64,000 bases of DNA. It comes from Macrostomum lignano. Its lineage: Eukaryota. Below, piece after piece: positions 38,120-49,900 of this stretch. A program made the position numbers and the translations under genes. The notes under the pieces are model-generated. The model was not told the DNA's origin. It searched no databases and worked only from the letters and a program-made list of their open reading frames with translations. The stretch spans positions 93,082 through 157,081 of the forward strand of contig NIVC01002608.1 in assembly GCA_002269645.1 (NCBI GenBank), written 5' to 3'. How positions within the stretch are numbered: position 1 is the first letter of the stretch; the number at the start of each line of letters is the position of its first letter.

Positions 38120-39399
38120 GATTTAAATACTGAATCCTTATACTAAAACCGACGCGATGTTTGTCTGTCTGTATGTCTGTCTGTCTGTATGTAGCAAGTG
38201 AACTCCTACAATTCTGCCAAGTCAACGTCGAAACTTATATGGGAAAACTGCAAATTTTCCGGAGCAGGCTTTAGGCTATTTTAATTTTTAATTTTCACAT
38301 TTTAACATCCCTAAAAAAGCAGAAAACTGCTTTTTTAACCCCCAATAACCTTCTTTGGTCACTCTGCCTGGGGCTTCAGCCAGTTTGTAAAAATAGCCAC
38401 CCCAACCTCCGCCCGCGGGCCGCTGTGTATTGAGGGGTGGTGGGTGCGCGTGTTCTGCGTTCAATGCAAATAAAACCCCCGCGTGTTGGGGGGTCGAGTT
38501 AAATTTAATGCTTCCCCAGAACGGGGGTTGGGCTTGGGCTGAGTGTACATAGCAGTTGTACAGTGTAAATAGATAGACTGTGTCGAGATTCATTTGGTTT
38601 TATTATTGGCAGCCCTGTGTATTAGTTTGGCAGTGAAATTCAATGAATAAACTTGCGAGCTTCTCTAGCAAGCAGTCGGGAAATTGGTAAATTTCAAACG
38701 CTAACTGTTCCTCGAGTTTTAAACTTTGAGAGGAGAGACTTATATTGCTAGAAAGATCTTGCAACGCTGAGTTCGGGGATATAAGTTGTATGCTTTAAAT
38801 ATGAAAAGAAAAAGCACAGCATTTAAAAAACTATTTCCATACTTTTAACTTTCTGCAAAAATTGTACTCAGTTTTGCGAGACGTAATAGATAAAGTTGGG
38901 CGTATTGGAAGGGGGTCTGCCGCTGCGTATTGGAGGGTTGATTTAGATTGCGCAACCGTTTATTTAACTTTAAATAAGACTGATACTGTCTGACTGAGAA
39001 ATGGTTTGCGCAATTAATTGATTCAATTAATTCAACACGCAGCTCTGTGCAGCTCTAACCCTAACCCTAACCAATGAATTCTGAGAGTTAAGTTCTTTTT
39101 GACAGAGAAAATTTCGATTGAGTCCAGTTTCACGGAGTATTCTGATGGTTTTCGGTTTCACGGAGAGGATTTCTTTTTCGTGGAGAGAATCTAGATGTAT
39201 TTCTGTTTTACGGAGACGATTTTGATGGATGTCAGTTTCACTCAGAGGATTTCCATGGAGCCCAGTTTCACGGAGAGGATTTCTGTTTGGCGGATTGGAT
39301 TTCGAAAGGAGTCCAGTTTCACGGAGAGGGTTTCTGTTTCATGGAGGGATTTTGATGGATTTGGTATCTTCAGTCAGTCAGTAAAGAGAGTAAAAAGAA

Positions 39400-39800
39400 G
39401 AGTGAAAAGAGAAGAGAGAAGAGATTATAGAAAAGAGAGTAGAGATGAGAGAGGACAGATTAGACATGACAGATGGGAGAGAAGAGGGGAGTAAGGCGGG
39501 AACGAAGAGGGAGAGAGAAGAAAAGAGGAGAGAGGAGATGAGAGGGAAGATATGAGATAGCAGAGGGAGACAGGAGAGATGAGAGGAGAGAGAAGAGAGG
39601 AGCTGAGAGTAGAGGAGAAAGAAATAGTGAGATGAGGCATGAGGGATGTGAGATGAGAGAGGAGAGAAGAGAGGAGAGAGGTGAAAACAGGGGATAAAGG
39701 AGACAGGAGAGAAAGACGAAAGATGAGGGAGAAGAGATAAATAAGGTGGTAGAGATGAGAGACGTGAGAGGAGAGAAAAGAGAAGAGAGAAGACAGAAGA
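39400..39800. repeat. Purine-rich (GAGAG/AGA) low-complexity tract
   Basis: Direct reading. Confidence 0.9.
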
Positions 39801-40704
39801 ATCTGAGTCTGGACAATGGCAGTCAGTTTTTGCGAACAGGGAAAACAAGATATGGTAATGGAAAGGCTTTACAGAGGATTTGGAGATGATTTGGAAGATG
39901 GGATTCAAGTCATGGAATTTCAGCTGATGGATTTCAGGGAATGGAATTCCGGTGATGGGAGTTCTTCCCCTTTCTCCTCCAGAGGAGGAGTTGGCCTCGT
40001 GAAATATAATTATAGGCCTATAAAAAATGGAAGTGCTTATCCCCACATTCCCATGTCAATAATTCCAGTTTTATCCACATGGATCCATGTCAATAATTTC
40101 TAGGCCCTAGCTTATCCCTATGGCAGCTTATTGAAATAGCTAGGTTAGGCCTTACCACTATTCAAGTCTATATTTAATATAATAGGCTATGTCAATAATT
40201 CTAATTTTATCTATACAGATCTGTGTTGATACTTTTAAGCTTATCCCTTTGCCTGGGTTTTTTGTGGGTCATATTGGGTTTTTTTGAATTTTTGGCTCCT
40301 TTAAAATCTTATTGGCAACTAGATTTTGGCATCAGAGGTCAATTTGACAACTATAATTCTCCGTGCCAGTTGCCAATTTCAAAAAATGATTTTGTAAATG
40401 TAATAAAAGTGCCATGTGAATCAATATGATAGAATTATTATTTTATTATTGTATATTGTTTTCAGCATAGATAGGCCTAACAATCTTAGAGTTGAGAGAA
40501 CAAATTTCTGCTTTTTTAACATAGTATGACAGTTAACTAGTGGACTCAAAATTAACTGACAAAGACAAATACAGCAAAGGCAAATTTTGTAGCAATAGCA
40601 CTTGATGGTAATAGTGAATGATGCAAGCAGTGGCTGCAGTTTTTATTTATTGTAACCATATAAGTGGATAGTTAGGGCTTGTTATTATCAATTCCATCTG
40701 GGCA

Positions 40705-43700
40705 CACGGTTGGGCTGGAATAAGATTTCGGGGTAAAAAAATGCCCAATAAAATGACCACTGCAGTGTGATAGAGGAACATCTCAGCTGCTAGGGGAATA
40801 TTTTCCTAAAATGAAATCGGTTTGTCCTGACCAGTTATGCCTAATTATGTTAATTAGCTAGCATAATTAATTTATGTACTCGAAATTAGGCGCTTCCTTC
40901 GTGTGAAATCGCCTAAAAACTGCTTTTATGGCCTGGTCTGCTTTAATGTTTTTATGATATAAACTGCTATTATACTGGATGAGCAGTTGCTAATCAGAAT
41001 GTATGCAGCAGCCAATGCTCTGCTCTAGCTTCAATATGAACTGTTGTGCTCTAGGTCTCACGCACTCTCTCTGCTCAATATTGAAATCAGCACATGAACG
41101 TACGTTCGTACTGTTCTATTTCATATGCGTCGGACTGTCAGATGTACATTAATTATTGCAACTTTCATAGCCAACTCATATCAGCACTCAAATAAATATC
41201 ACAACCAATACTCAAGTCAAGGCCAAATTCAAAACATTTGTCTCTTGCATCAGTGGCCAGCGATCAATTTCAGAATTTCAGAATATGCCGAATGCAAAAA
41301 AATCACATGAGGAGTGCAGAGAGAGTCTGTGTTTGCTCTGTTTGCGGAAAGCCTCGCGCTCAATTTGGTCGGTAGCAAATTTTTCTGCTGAGGATTTGGT
41401 GCCGAATTTCGCCTCTGTACAGCACATTCTGCCGACCGGCTTGTGTGACGGGTGTCGACGCATCATTTCATCTCTATCTGGTCCAGCGCCTCGTGAGTTG
41501 CCACCAAGGCTAAACTATGAGCAGATGGTTGCCGACCTGCAGAGTCTGCCTCCGTCCACAAGAAATAATCCGCATTGCTCTTGCGAACTGTGCGAGCTTG
41601 CCAGATCGAAGAACAGCAGCAAGTTGACAACTTCTGTCAGCTCTTACAGTACTGGCGCTGCTGCATCTCGTCCAGGACGACCTCGAAAACATCCATTGTC
41701 GGCAGCTGATGCAGCACAACCACAGTTCATTTGCTCGTTTTGTCGATCAGAAATTGGCCGTGGCAAGAAACACAACTGCTCAAGAGCAACGCGACTGACT
41801 AATCTGCAGCAGGGCGTCAGTCCTGATATGCAGGACATGCTGGCCAGCAGCTGCATATCAACAAAAGCTGCAGCAAGTGGCTCCAGCTGTGTTTCCTTGT
41901 CACGGATGGAAGGTGGTCGCCCAATGCGCGTGACTGTTGGTGCTAGTGTGGGCAATGGAGCAACCAGCTTCCCTGCAACTTCTATCAGCACAATGAAGAC
42001 ACTGAAAGGTGTGCTGAATCTTAGCAACAATCAGACGCTGCAGGTCGCGCAGGTACTGAGAGCTGGTGCGAGCTCTTTGCGAGCAGTTGAATCTAGGCTG
42101 AAAGATTCATTAGTGACTCAGAATCGTGTATTGGAAGACTTTTTTAAACTTCAGACACTTCAATTCGAGCTGTCATCTTCTGCCATTGGTGATCGTGCTG
42201 CTGTCCTCTGCACTGATGCTTCGCGCCTCATTGAATTTATTGTCCAACAGCGAGGAGCCTCTAACTTCGAATGCCGGCTGGGGCTTGATGGTGGCGGAGG
42301 TTTTTTTAAGATTTGCATGTCTGTCGTTGCGTCCACGTCTGACCATCAGGCGCACGGCGGTGCTGCTGCAGTTCACGAAAGTGTGCGACGCCACTCACAG
42401 TTCAATGACGCTGGAGTGAAAAAAATTATAGTTCTCGCAATCGTCAACGACATCTCAGAAACGTACAAAAATGTAAAAACACTGCTACAGGCTGTTTCTG
42501 TGGTGGAGCTGTCTGCTGTGACTGTCACAGACATGAAGCTAGCAAACATTCTCTGCGGACTCCAGCCTCACTCGTGTGCTCACCCATGTCCGTACTGCGA
42601 GTCTACTGCACCACTGACGACAAGCGGCAGGCCACGAACCCTTGGTAGAATTCGGCAGAAAGTGCAGGAGTTCAATTCTGCTGGACGAGTTTGGAGCAGA
42701 GCGAAGCAGTTCATGAACTGTGTCAATCTGCCGCTGCTGGCTGGTGATGATGACGAGGAAGTGCTGATGCTGCTGCCCCCTCCTGAACTGCATCTTCTGC
42801 TCGGAATCAGTAACAAATTGCTTGATTCTTTGAACGAAGCTTGGGGCGAAGACCGCGGATTTGCATGGCTACAATCTTACGGCATCGTGCGAGCGGGGTA
42901 CCGCGGCGGCACAATGGAAGGCAACGCTTGTCGCAAATTGCTGCTGATGGCTGAGGACCTGAGGTTCTTCTTGAAGACGTTCCTCATGAACTACAGCCCT
43001 TCGTCCAGTGCTTGATTTGCTTCAACAGCGTTGTTAATGGAGCATTTGGCCAGGAATTGGCCCCGGATTTTGGTGAGCGAATCGAAAATTTTGGAGCTGC
43101 ATACCTGGCACTGGGATTGACTGTCACGCCCAAAGTGCATGTTCTCCTTTGCCACGTGAGCGACTTCTGCCATCGCACTGGTCGTGCACTTGGAACTTGT
43201 TGCGAACAGGCAGTAGAGAGCGCACACTTGGATTTCCAGCGGACTTGGCAGCGCTACAGGCTGCCAGCCGATCACCCACAGTTCGGCAATAGGCTGCTGC
43301 AGGCAACAGTGGTGTATAACAGCTGGCATATCTAATGCAGTGACATATTTAATGCGGTGATGGCTTTTCATTTGACTAAATTTACTGTCGTGTTGTGCAG
43401 CCTACTTTGCTGCATGCTGTTGTTACCAGCACTACTACATGGATGAAGAAAAACAGTATAATAGGAGCAATATTTCCATGACTATTTGTGAAGGGATCTA
43501 TCTAAAAGTTCAACATCCAAAAGTTTGAATATTGATTCTATTGGCAATGGAAGTAATTCAAAAGAAATATTCAATATCTAAAAAAACTTTTGACCCAGAC
43601 TTTTCTGCTCAGATTAGCAATATTCTCTTCTACATCTGTGACATGTATCTCGTAGTACCTGCATGCTAAAACATAAACTGATCATGAATTGCTATAGAAG

Positions 43701-44167
43701 TTATATTATAATTATATCATATATTTAATTTTATTGATATAAATTTTAATAGGTGCTATCCAAATGTCCAACCTGCTGCTCAGTTTTGAAGAGACCCTTT
43801 CTCTGAAACGCTGGATATTTCTATTTTTTTCTTATGATTTTTGAGTACTAATAATATGAACTACAAAGTGCTCACTTTCTATAACTAATACTAAATATAT
43901 ATTGATATTAAATAGCTACAGATTTTAATACGAACACAGCTCATAAAAGCAGTTTTTAGGCGATTTCACACGAAGGAAGCGCCTAATTTCGAGTACATAA
44001 ATTAATTATGCTAGCTAATTAACATAATTAGGCATAACTGGTCAGGACAAACCGATTTCATTTTAGGAAAATATTCCCCTAGCAGCTGAGATGTTCCTCT
44101 ATCACACTGCAGTGGTCGTTTTATTGGGCATTTTTTTACCCCGAAATCTTATTCCAGCCCAACTGTG
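40705..44167 (+). mobile_element. Chapaev (CMC superfamily) DNA transposon, 3,463 bp, 226-bp TIRs, 4-bp TSD GGCA
   Basis: CAC...GTG termini. TIRs 40705-40930 vs 43942-44167 with only two mismatches seen. GGCA at 40701-04 and 44168-71. Transposase has a Chapa-type N-terminal zinc finger. Confidence 0.85.
41285..43335 (+). pseudogene. Chapaev transposase, ~680 aa, split by a single 1-nt frameshift near 42960
   Basis: H-x7-C-x2-C...P-x2-L-C-x2-C at the N-terminus (HEECRESLCLLC...PTGLCDGC), then CSCELC, GLDGGGG (D), TDMKLAN (D), CPYC, PPELHLLLG, KVHVLLCH and EQAVES (E). The frame after GACCT continues as EVLLEDVPHELQPFVQCLICFNSVV into ORF 43012-43335. Confidence 0.85.
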
Positions 44168-45205
44168 GGCAGTTAATAGAAATGGGCCAGAGTATTTGTT
44201 GAATCTGTAAGGAATGCACTGGGTAGCTATACAACAATAAGATAGATGATAGATGATAGAGCAAGTTGATAAGCCTGAGGCAATGGCGACAATATGATGG
44301 CAGTGATTGTGTGACGGTGGTACTTTTAGCAAGAACCCTTTACAGAATGGTAGTAGTGGCATTATTAAGAATTGGCAGTGGCAGTGGCGTGACTATGACT
44401 TGACAAAGGCATGGTTTAGAACTGTGGTAGAGTGAGGCAGAGAGAGAAAATGTAAACAAATAAACAAAGGTATGAAAAACAAGGGTCTAACCCCAGGTGC
44501 CCTAGCCAGACAGGACTGATAAAGAGCAGGCTGGGGATAGGTGTGCAAGGAGAGCTTAATTTCAAGCTAGCATAATTTATGCGCAGCTTTTCTATTGGCC
44601 AGCAAGAAAAACCAACTTGAAAACAGAAATTATCAATCACATTGTACAAAGGCTTTACAAATGCACACAATGTTGTTTAAAATTCTTTGGGCATTACTTT
44701 AAGTAGACATTAGAGTACAAGGCCACTCAATTAACAATATTATAGATTGGCACTGCTTTCGCTAAAATGGCCCCTAACTATACCTAAAATATACCTCAAC
44801 TGACAATGTTACAATAGCTTTAAAACATTGTCAGTCTTGGAGAATTTGGCTAATTGCGAATGGGCAACTGAAAATAGCTATTGGCAACTAGATTTTGAGC
44901 CCCAAAGACCAGCTAGCAACTGGATTTCTAACCTTAAAAAACCCAGTCCCCATGGCAGCTTATTGGAATAGAGAACCTTAAAATAAATTTGTTCAAAACT
45001 ATTTTTTTGTTTTCACTGTTTTACAAATCTTCCAAATAAAATACTGGATACTAAATAGTATCAAATAGGGCCTACTTTGTTAAAACTTTTTTTGTCATTA
45101 AAAAGGTTAATTTTAAATATTTGTTTAGTTGCCAGTGTCACTTAGAAAGATTAAACAACCCTTAGATTAAGGCAAATAAGGCTTGCAAAATTCAAAATTC
45201 AAAAT

Positions 45206-45236
<31 letters not shown>

Positions 45237-46601
45237 TATTGATTTTGGATAGAGAGTTAGCAAGATATTAAAATGACATTGTCATACTATGGCACTGGCA
45301 ATTTAATGGAAAGTCATACAGCATTGTATATTTTAAGCTACACTATATGTTACAATAAAAAAACGAGTAGCATCATTTAAAAACAGTATATAAACTAAAC
45401 AAACAACTGCACAATCTTAGCCATGGGGATAAGCTAAAAATTATTGACATGGATCCTTATGGATAAAATTGGAATTATTGACATGGCATATAGACTTAAA
45501 TAGTGGCAGCTATTTTAATAAGCTGCTGTGGGGATAAGCTGGAAATTATTGACACAGATCCATATAGATAAAATTTGAATTATTGGCATGGGACTTTAAA
45601 GATAAGCATTTTTATAAAAAATACATTGAAGGCCTAGGTTCAATTGATTTTCAAAATCAATTGACAATATTATAAACCCATTGGTATTACTACCATTGGC
45701 ATTGAGGTAGGCAAGGATAAACTATTTTTGGGCTTGGTCATACCCAAAAAGATAGGCCTCTAGGCCTAACCTTTTTGTTTTTTATTATTTTTATTGAACA
45801 TTAAAGTCAGAATCATTCATGTCCTTAATTCCTAGATCTAGGTAGACTAGGTCTATAAATAAATATTATATATAAATATTGGGATTCTGAGATTTAGAAA
45901 GTTTTTTTTGTAATTTTTGTTTTGATTTCTTAAATTTATTTGTTTAAGTAAAATAAAAAGACAACTTGTTCTTAAAAATGGCAGTTGTTGGGCTTATTGT
46001 TATGGTAGCCCCTCTATTATATAAATACTGAAACAGTTAGGCCTATTTTTAAGGTCAACAAATAAGACACTATCTGGGCTTAAGCAATTAAGGTTTGAAC
46101 TCAATGTAAACTTTTAAATTGCAAAGCAATTATTTTATAGTCACTATATATGAAGCAAAATAGCTATTTTTAGGCCTTATAGGTCTAGTTATAGCTGAAA
46201 AGGCTCCATTTACATTAATAATTAACAATTATATTTAAGCTAGTCTAGCTAAGAATTAGCTAAAAATAGCTAAAAACAAAAATTAGCTATTGTTTTTGTT
46301 ATAAATAGTAAAATAGTTGTTTTCATAGTCATTAGACAAAACAAATATGCTTATAGTATCTTAGTTTAAAGCAATACATTAATTTAACATCTAAATATTG
46401 AATCAATTATTTTTTAGTCATCCCCATATGACTAAATGGAATCACCATTTTTTAGAGATTTTAAGATAGGATATTAGGATCTTATTCTATAGGCAGATTA
46501 CTTAAAATTTAAAAAGAATAGAAATCTATAAATCTAATCATAAGAACTTAAACTACAAAAATAATATAATAAGCATTTTGCTTGGAAAAATAAACTGACA
46601 C

Positions 46602-46680
46602 TGCAACTATGACAACAAAGCTAAAAGCCTGCTGAGCCAGCTGCAGCCTAGCTTCGAGCAGGACAAGCTTGACAAAATGC
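46602..46680 (+). pseudogene. 79-bp diverged duplicate of part of TADA2B exon 2, located upstream of the gene
   Basis: Aligns to 48589-48667 (GACTATGACAA..AAGCT.AAAGCCTGCTG.GCCAGCTGCAGCC.AGCTTCGAGCAGGAC.AGCT.GACAA). Confidence 0.85.
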
Positions 46681-46966
46681 CACTTTATGATGATAAAGTT
46701 AATGTTAATTATGCACACTATGACATAAGAAGCAGGCTTTTTTTGCCTTAATTGTCACATTCCAAGGCAGTCCTTTAAAGCATCTGCTAAGATATATAGC
46801 TTAATATAAGATTTATATTAAGCTTTCAAACTTGTAGTGCAAAAATCCTAATTAATATTTAATGATCAGCAGAAAAGTATCTTATAACATGAGAAACATA
46901 ATTGGTATTATTGGTATTGCATATTATAAAATATATTAATATCTGCTGCTCAAGCTGTCAACAACC

Positions 46967-49900
46967 ATGGATGAAATTGACCCTGATGCATGTCGTTACT
47001 GCCTGCGACGCTTGCGTTCGCCCTACATCGCCTGCTCTGACTGCCGCTTGCCGTCTCACCCGGCTCTGCAGCAGCAGCAGCAGCAGCAGAAGCGCAGGAT
47101 TGTTCGCCTATGCGTTCGCTGCTTCGCCAGCGGAGCCGAGGCTGGCAAGCACTCGCGTCGTCATGACTACCGATTAGAGACAGTGCGCGACTGGGAGAAG
47201 CAAGCGATTTTCCATCCGGCCACTGACGCCGCCGCCGCTCATTGGTCCTTCGATGAGGAGACCCGCCTGCTGGATTCTATCGACGTTTATGGCGTCGGCA
47301 ATTGGAGCGACGTTGCGTCGAAAGTTGATGGTAGAACTAGCGATCAGTGCATTGAGCACTACTCTAAGTATTATATGCGCGGTGTTATCGGGGCCAAGAC
47401 TTTTTTGCCTGTTGCTGCCTCCGCAGCCACTACAGTTGCTGAGGAAAAGCCGCTGGAGATACCGCTGGGTCAAGTTGAAGACTTGACAGCTGCGCCTGGG
47501 GCGCCTCTGTCACCGTCACTGTTTCAGGTACTTTTGCTTGAGACCCTAATTAATTAGTTACTGCTGCACTGATCCCATTTCAACCCGTACCCCACTAATT
47601 TGCCCCACACTTATCAATTAATCCCATACCCTATAAATCCCATATTCACTGAGTGATCCATCCCATACACCTATCAATCAAACATTGATCATCCCATACC
47701 ATCATAAATTCCACACTGCTGTTCATCCCATAATTGATAAATCCCACACTGAGCATCCCATACCCCATAAATCCCACACTGATCATCCCAAACCCCATAA
47801 ATCCCACACTGATTATCCCATACTCCATAAATACCACACTGATCATCCCATACCCCATAAATACCACACCGATCACCCCATACCCCATAAATACCACACC
47901 GATCATCCCATACCCCATAAATACCACACTGATCATCCCATACCCCATAAATACCACACCGATCATCCCATACCCCATAAATACCACACTGAGCATCCCA
48001 TACCCCATAAATACCACACTGATCATCCCGTACCCCATAAATACCACACCGATCATCCCGTACCCCATAAATACCACACCGATCATCCCATACCCCATAA
48101 ATACCACACCGATCATCCCATACCTCATAAATCCCACACTGATCAATGTGATCATCCCATACCCCATAAATCCCACACTGAGCATCCCATACTCCATAAA
48201 TACCACACTGAGCATCCCATACCCCATAAATCCCACACTGAGCATCCCATACTCCATAAATCCCACACTGATAATCCCATACCCCATAAATCCCACACTG
48301 ATAATCCCATACCCCATAAATCCCACACTGATAATCCCATACCCCATAAATACCACACTGATCATCCCATACCTCATAAATCCCACACTGACCAATGTGA
48401 TCATCCCATACCCCATAAATCCCACACTGAGCATCCCATACTCCATAAATCCCACACTGAGCATCCCATACTCCATAAATCCCACACTGAGCATCCCATA
48501 ACCCATCTCACAGGCCCTGCCGCCGGCCGACCTGACTCAGGAGGAGGCCCAGCTGCTCGGCTTTATGCCTCTGCGAGGCGATTTCGAACGCGACTATGAC
48601 AATGAAGCTGAAAGCCTGCTGTGCCAGCTGCAGCCCAGCTTCGAGCAGGACGAGCTCGACAACGCGCTGCGCGTAGCCCAAATCGACATGTACACCGGCC
48701 GGCTGCAGGAGCGACAGCGTCGGAAACTGATTGCTGCTAGGCACGGCCTGCTGCACCAGGCTATGCGCTGCATCCTGGCCAGGGGGGTCGGCGGCCGCCC
48801 GCCCGCCTCAGCCCCGTCTGTTGGCCCCAGCCCGGGGCCTCGGAGGCGGCACGCCGTCAACTACAATGCGTTAGACGTTGACGATCGATTGAAGCCATTC
48901 CTGCGGTATCTCGGGTCAGCCGAGGCCAGGCAGTTCTTGGCCGGCGTGGAACGGGAGGAACGGCTTAAATGGGAGATTAGTCAGCTGTTGAGACTGCGGA
49001 CTGCCGGGGCGAAACGCCTGCCGGGTGAGTTACCGCGTCAGTTGGCGCCATTGGCTTCCCTGTCAGTTGGCGCCATTGGCTTCCCTGTCAGTTGGCGCCA
49101 TTGGCTTCCCTGTCAGTTGGCGCCATTGGCTTCCCTGTCAGTTGGCGCCATTGGCTTCCCTGTCAGTTGGCGCCATTGGCTTCCTTGTCAGTTGGCGCCA
49201 TTTGCTTCCTTGTCAGTTGGCGCCATTCTCTCCCGTGTCAATTGGCGCCATTGGCTTCCCAGTCAGTTGGCGTCATTGGCTTCCTTGTCAGTTGGCGCCT
49301 TTCTCTAGTGTCAGTTGCCGCCCTTCTCTTCCGTATCATGTGGCGCCATTCTCTCTCTTGTCAGCCGGCGCCATTCTCTCTCTTGTCAGCTGGCGCCATT
49401 CTTTCCTGTACCAGTTGGCGCCATTCTTTCCCGTATCAATTGGCGCCATTTTGTCTCGTGTCAGTTGGCGCCATTGGCTTCCCAGTGGTTTTCGTTATTT
49501 TTTTATTAGCGCTGCTTTCTGAAATTCCGGTTTTTGAGCAGCATAAAAAATCCAATTACAATTTTCATCTAATAAGCGTGTTTTATTACTTACAACAACC
49601 CCCATTCAGTAGCATTATAAGTTAATCGATTTTTTCCGCAGTCGATTTCTTCCCGCCGGCCAGCGCACTCGCTGCCACTAATGGCGGTGGCGGCCGTGGC
49701 CGAGGCCGGCCCCCGCCTCCGCTACGCTGTCCTCGAGCTCGTCTCGGCTGCCGTATTCTCAGCAGCATGAGCGGCATCAATTAGTTCGGTGCCATCGCTG
49801 GTTCCTGCCAGTGTCAGTCTGCTCAGTATGGCAGCAGCATCATCTGCATCGGCGAAGGGACGGCGGCAGCTCGCAGGATGGCGTTGATGGTCATCAGCAT

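Larger units (their letters stand above)
40029..45614. mobile_element. Old, degenerate element of the same family as the 37.5-kb MITE, interrupted by the Chapaev insertion
   Basis: Left end GGAAGTGCTTATCCCCAC. About 200 bp at 40030-40230 is inversely similar to 45420-45610 (CCATGTCAATAATT, GCTTATCCC motifs). Candidate 8-bp TSD TAAAAAAT at 40021-28 and 45615-22 is AT-rich and could be chance. Confidence 0.55.

Noticed and set aside
38400-38560. GC-rich island with G/C runs, possibly a Helitron end or structured RNA
   Set aside because: No CTRR terminus with adjacent hairpin and no RNA family signature could be established by eye.
39053-39073. Telomeric (CCCTAA)n seed
   Set aside because: Only about 2.5 units, too short to distinguish from chance.
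40705-44167. Transib/ProtoRAG assignment
   Set aside because: A 5-bp TSD does not fit (GGGCA vs GGCAG) while 4 bp does. There is no RAG2-like ORF, and the N-terminal finger fits the Chapa pattern. Not formally excluded without a phylogeny.
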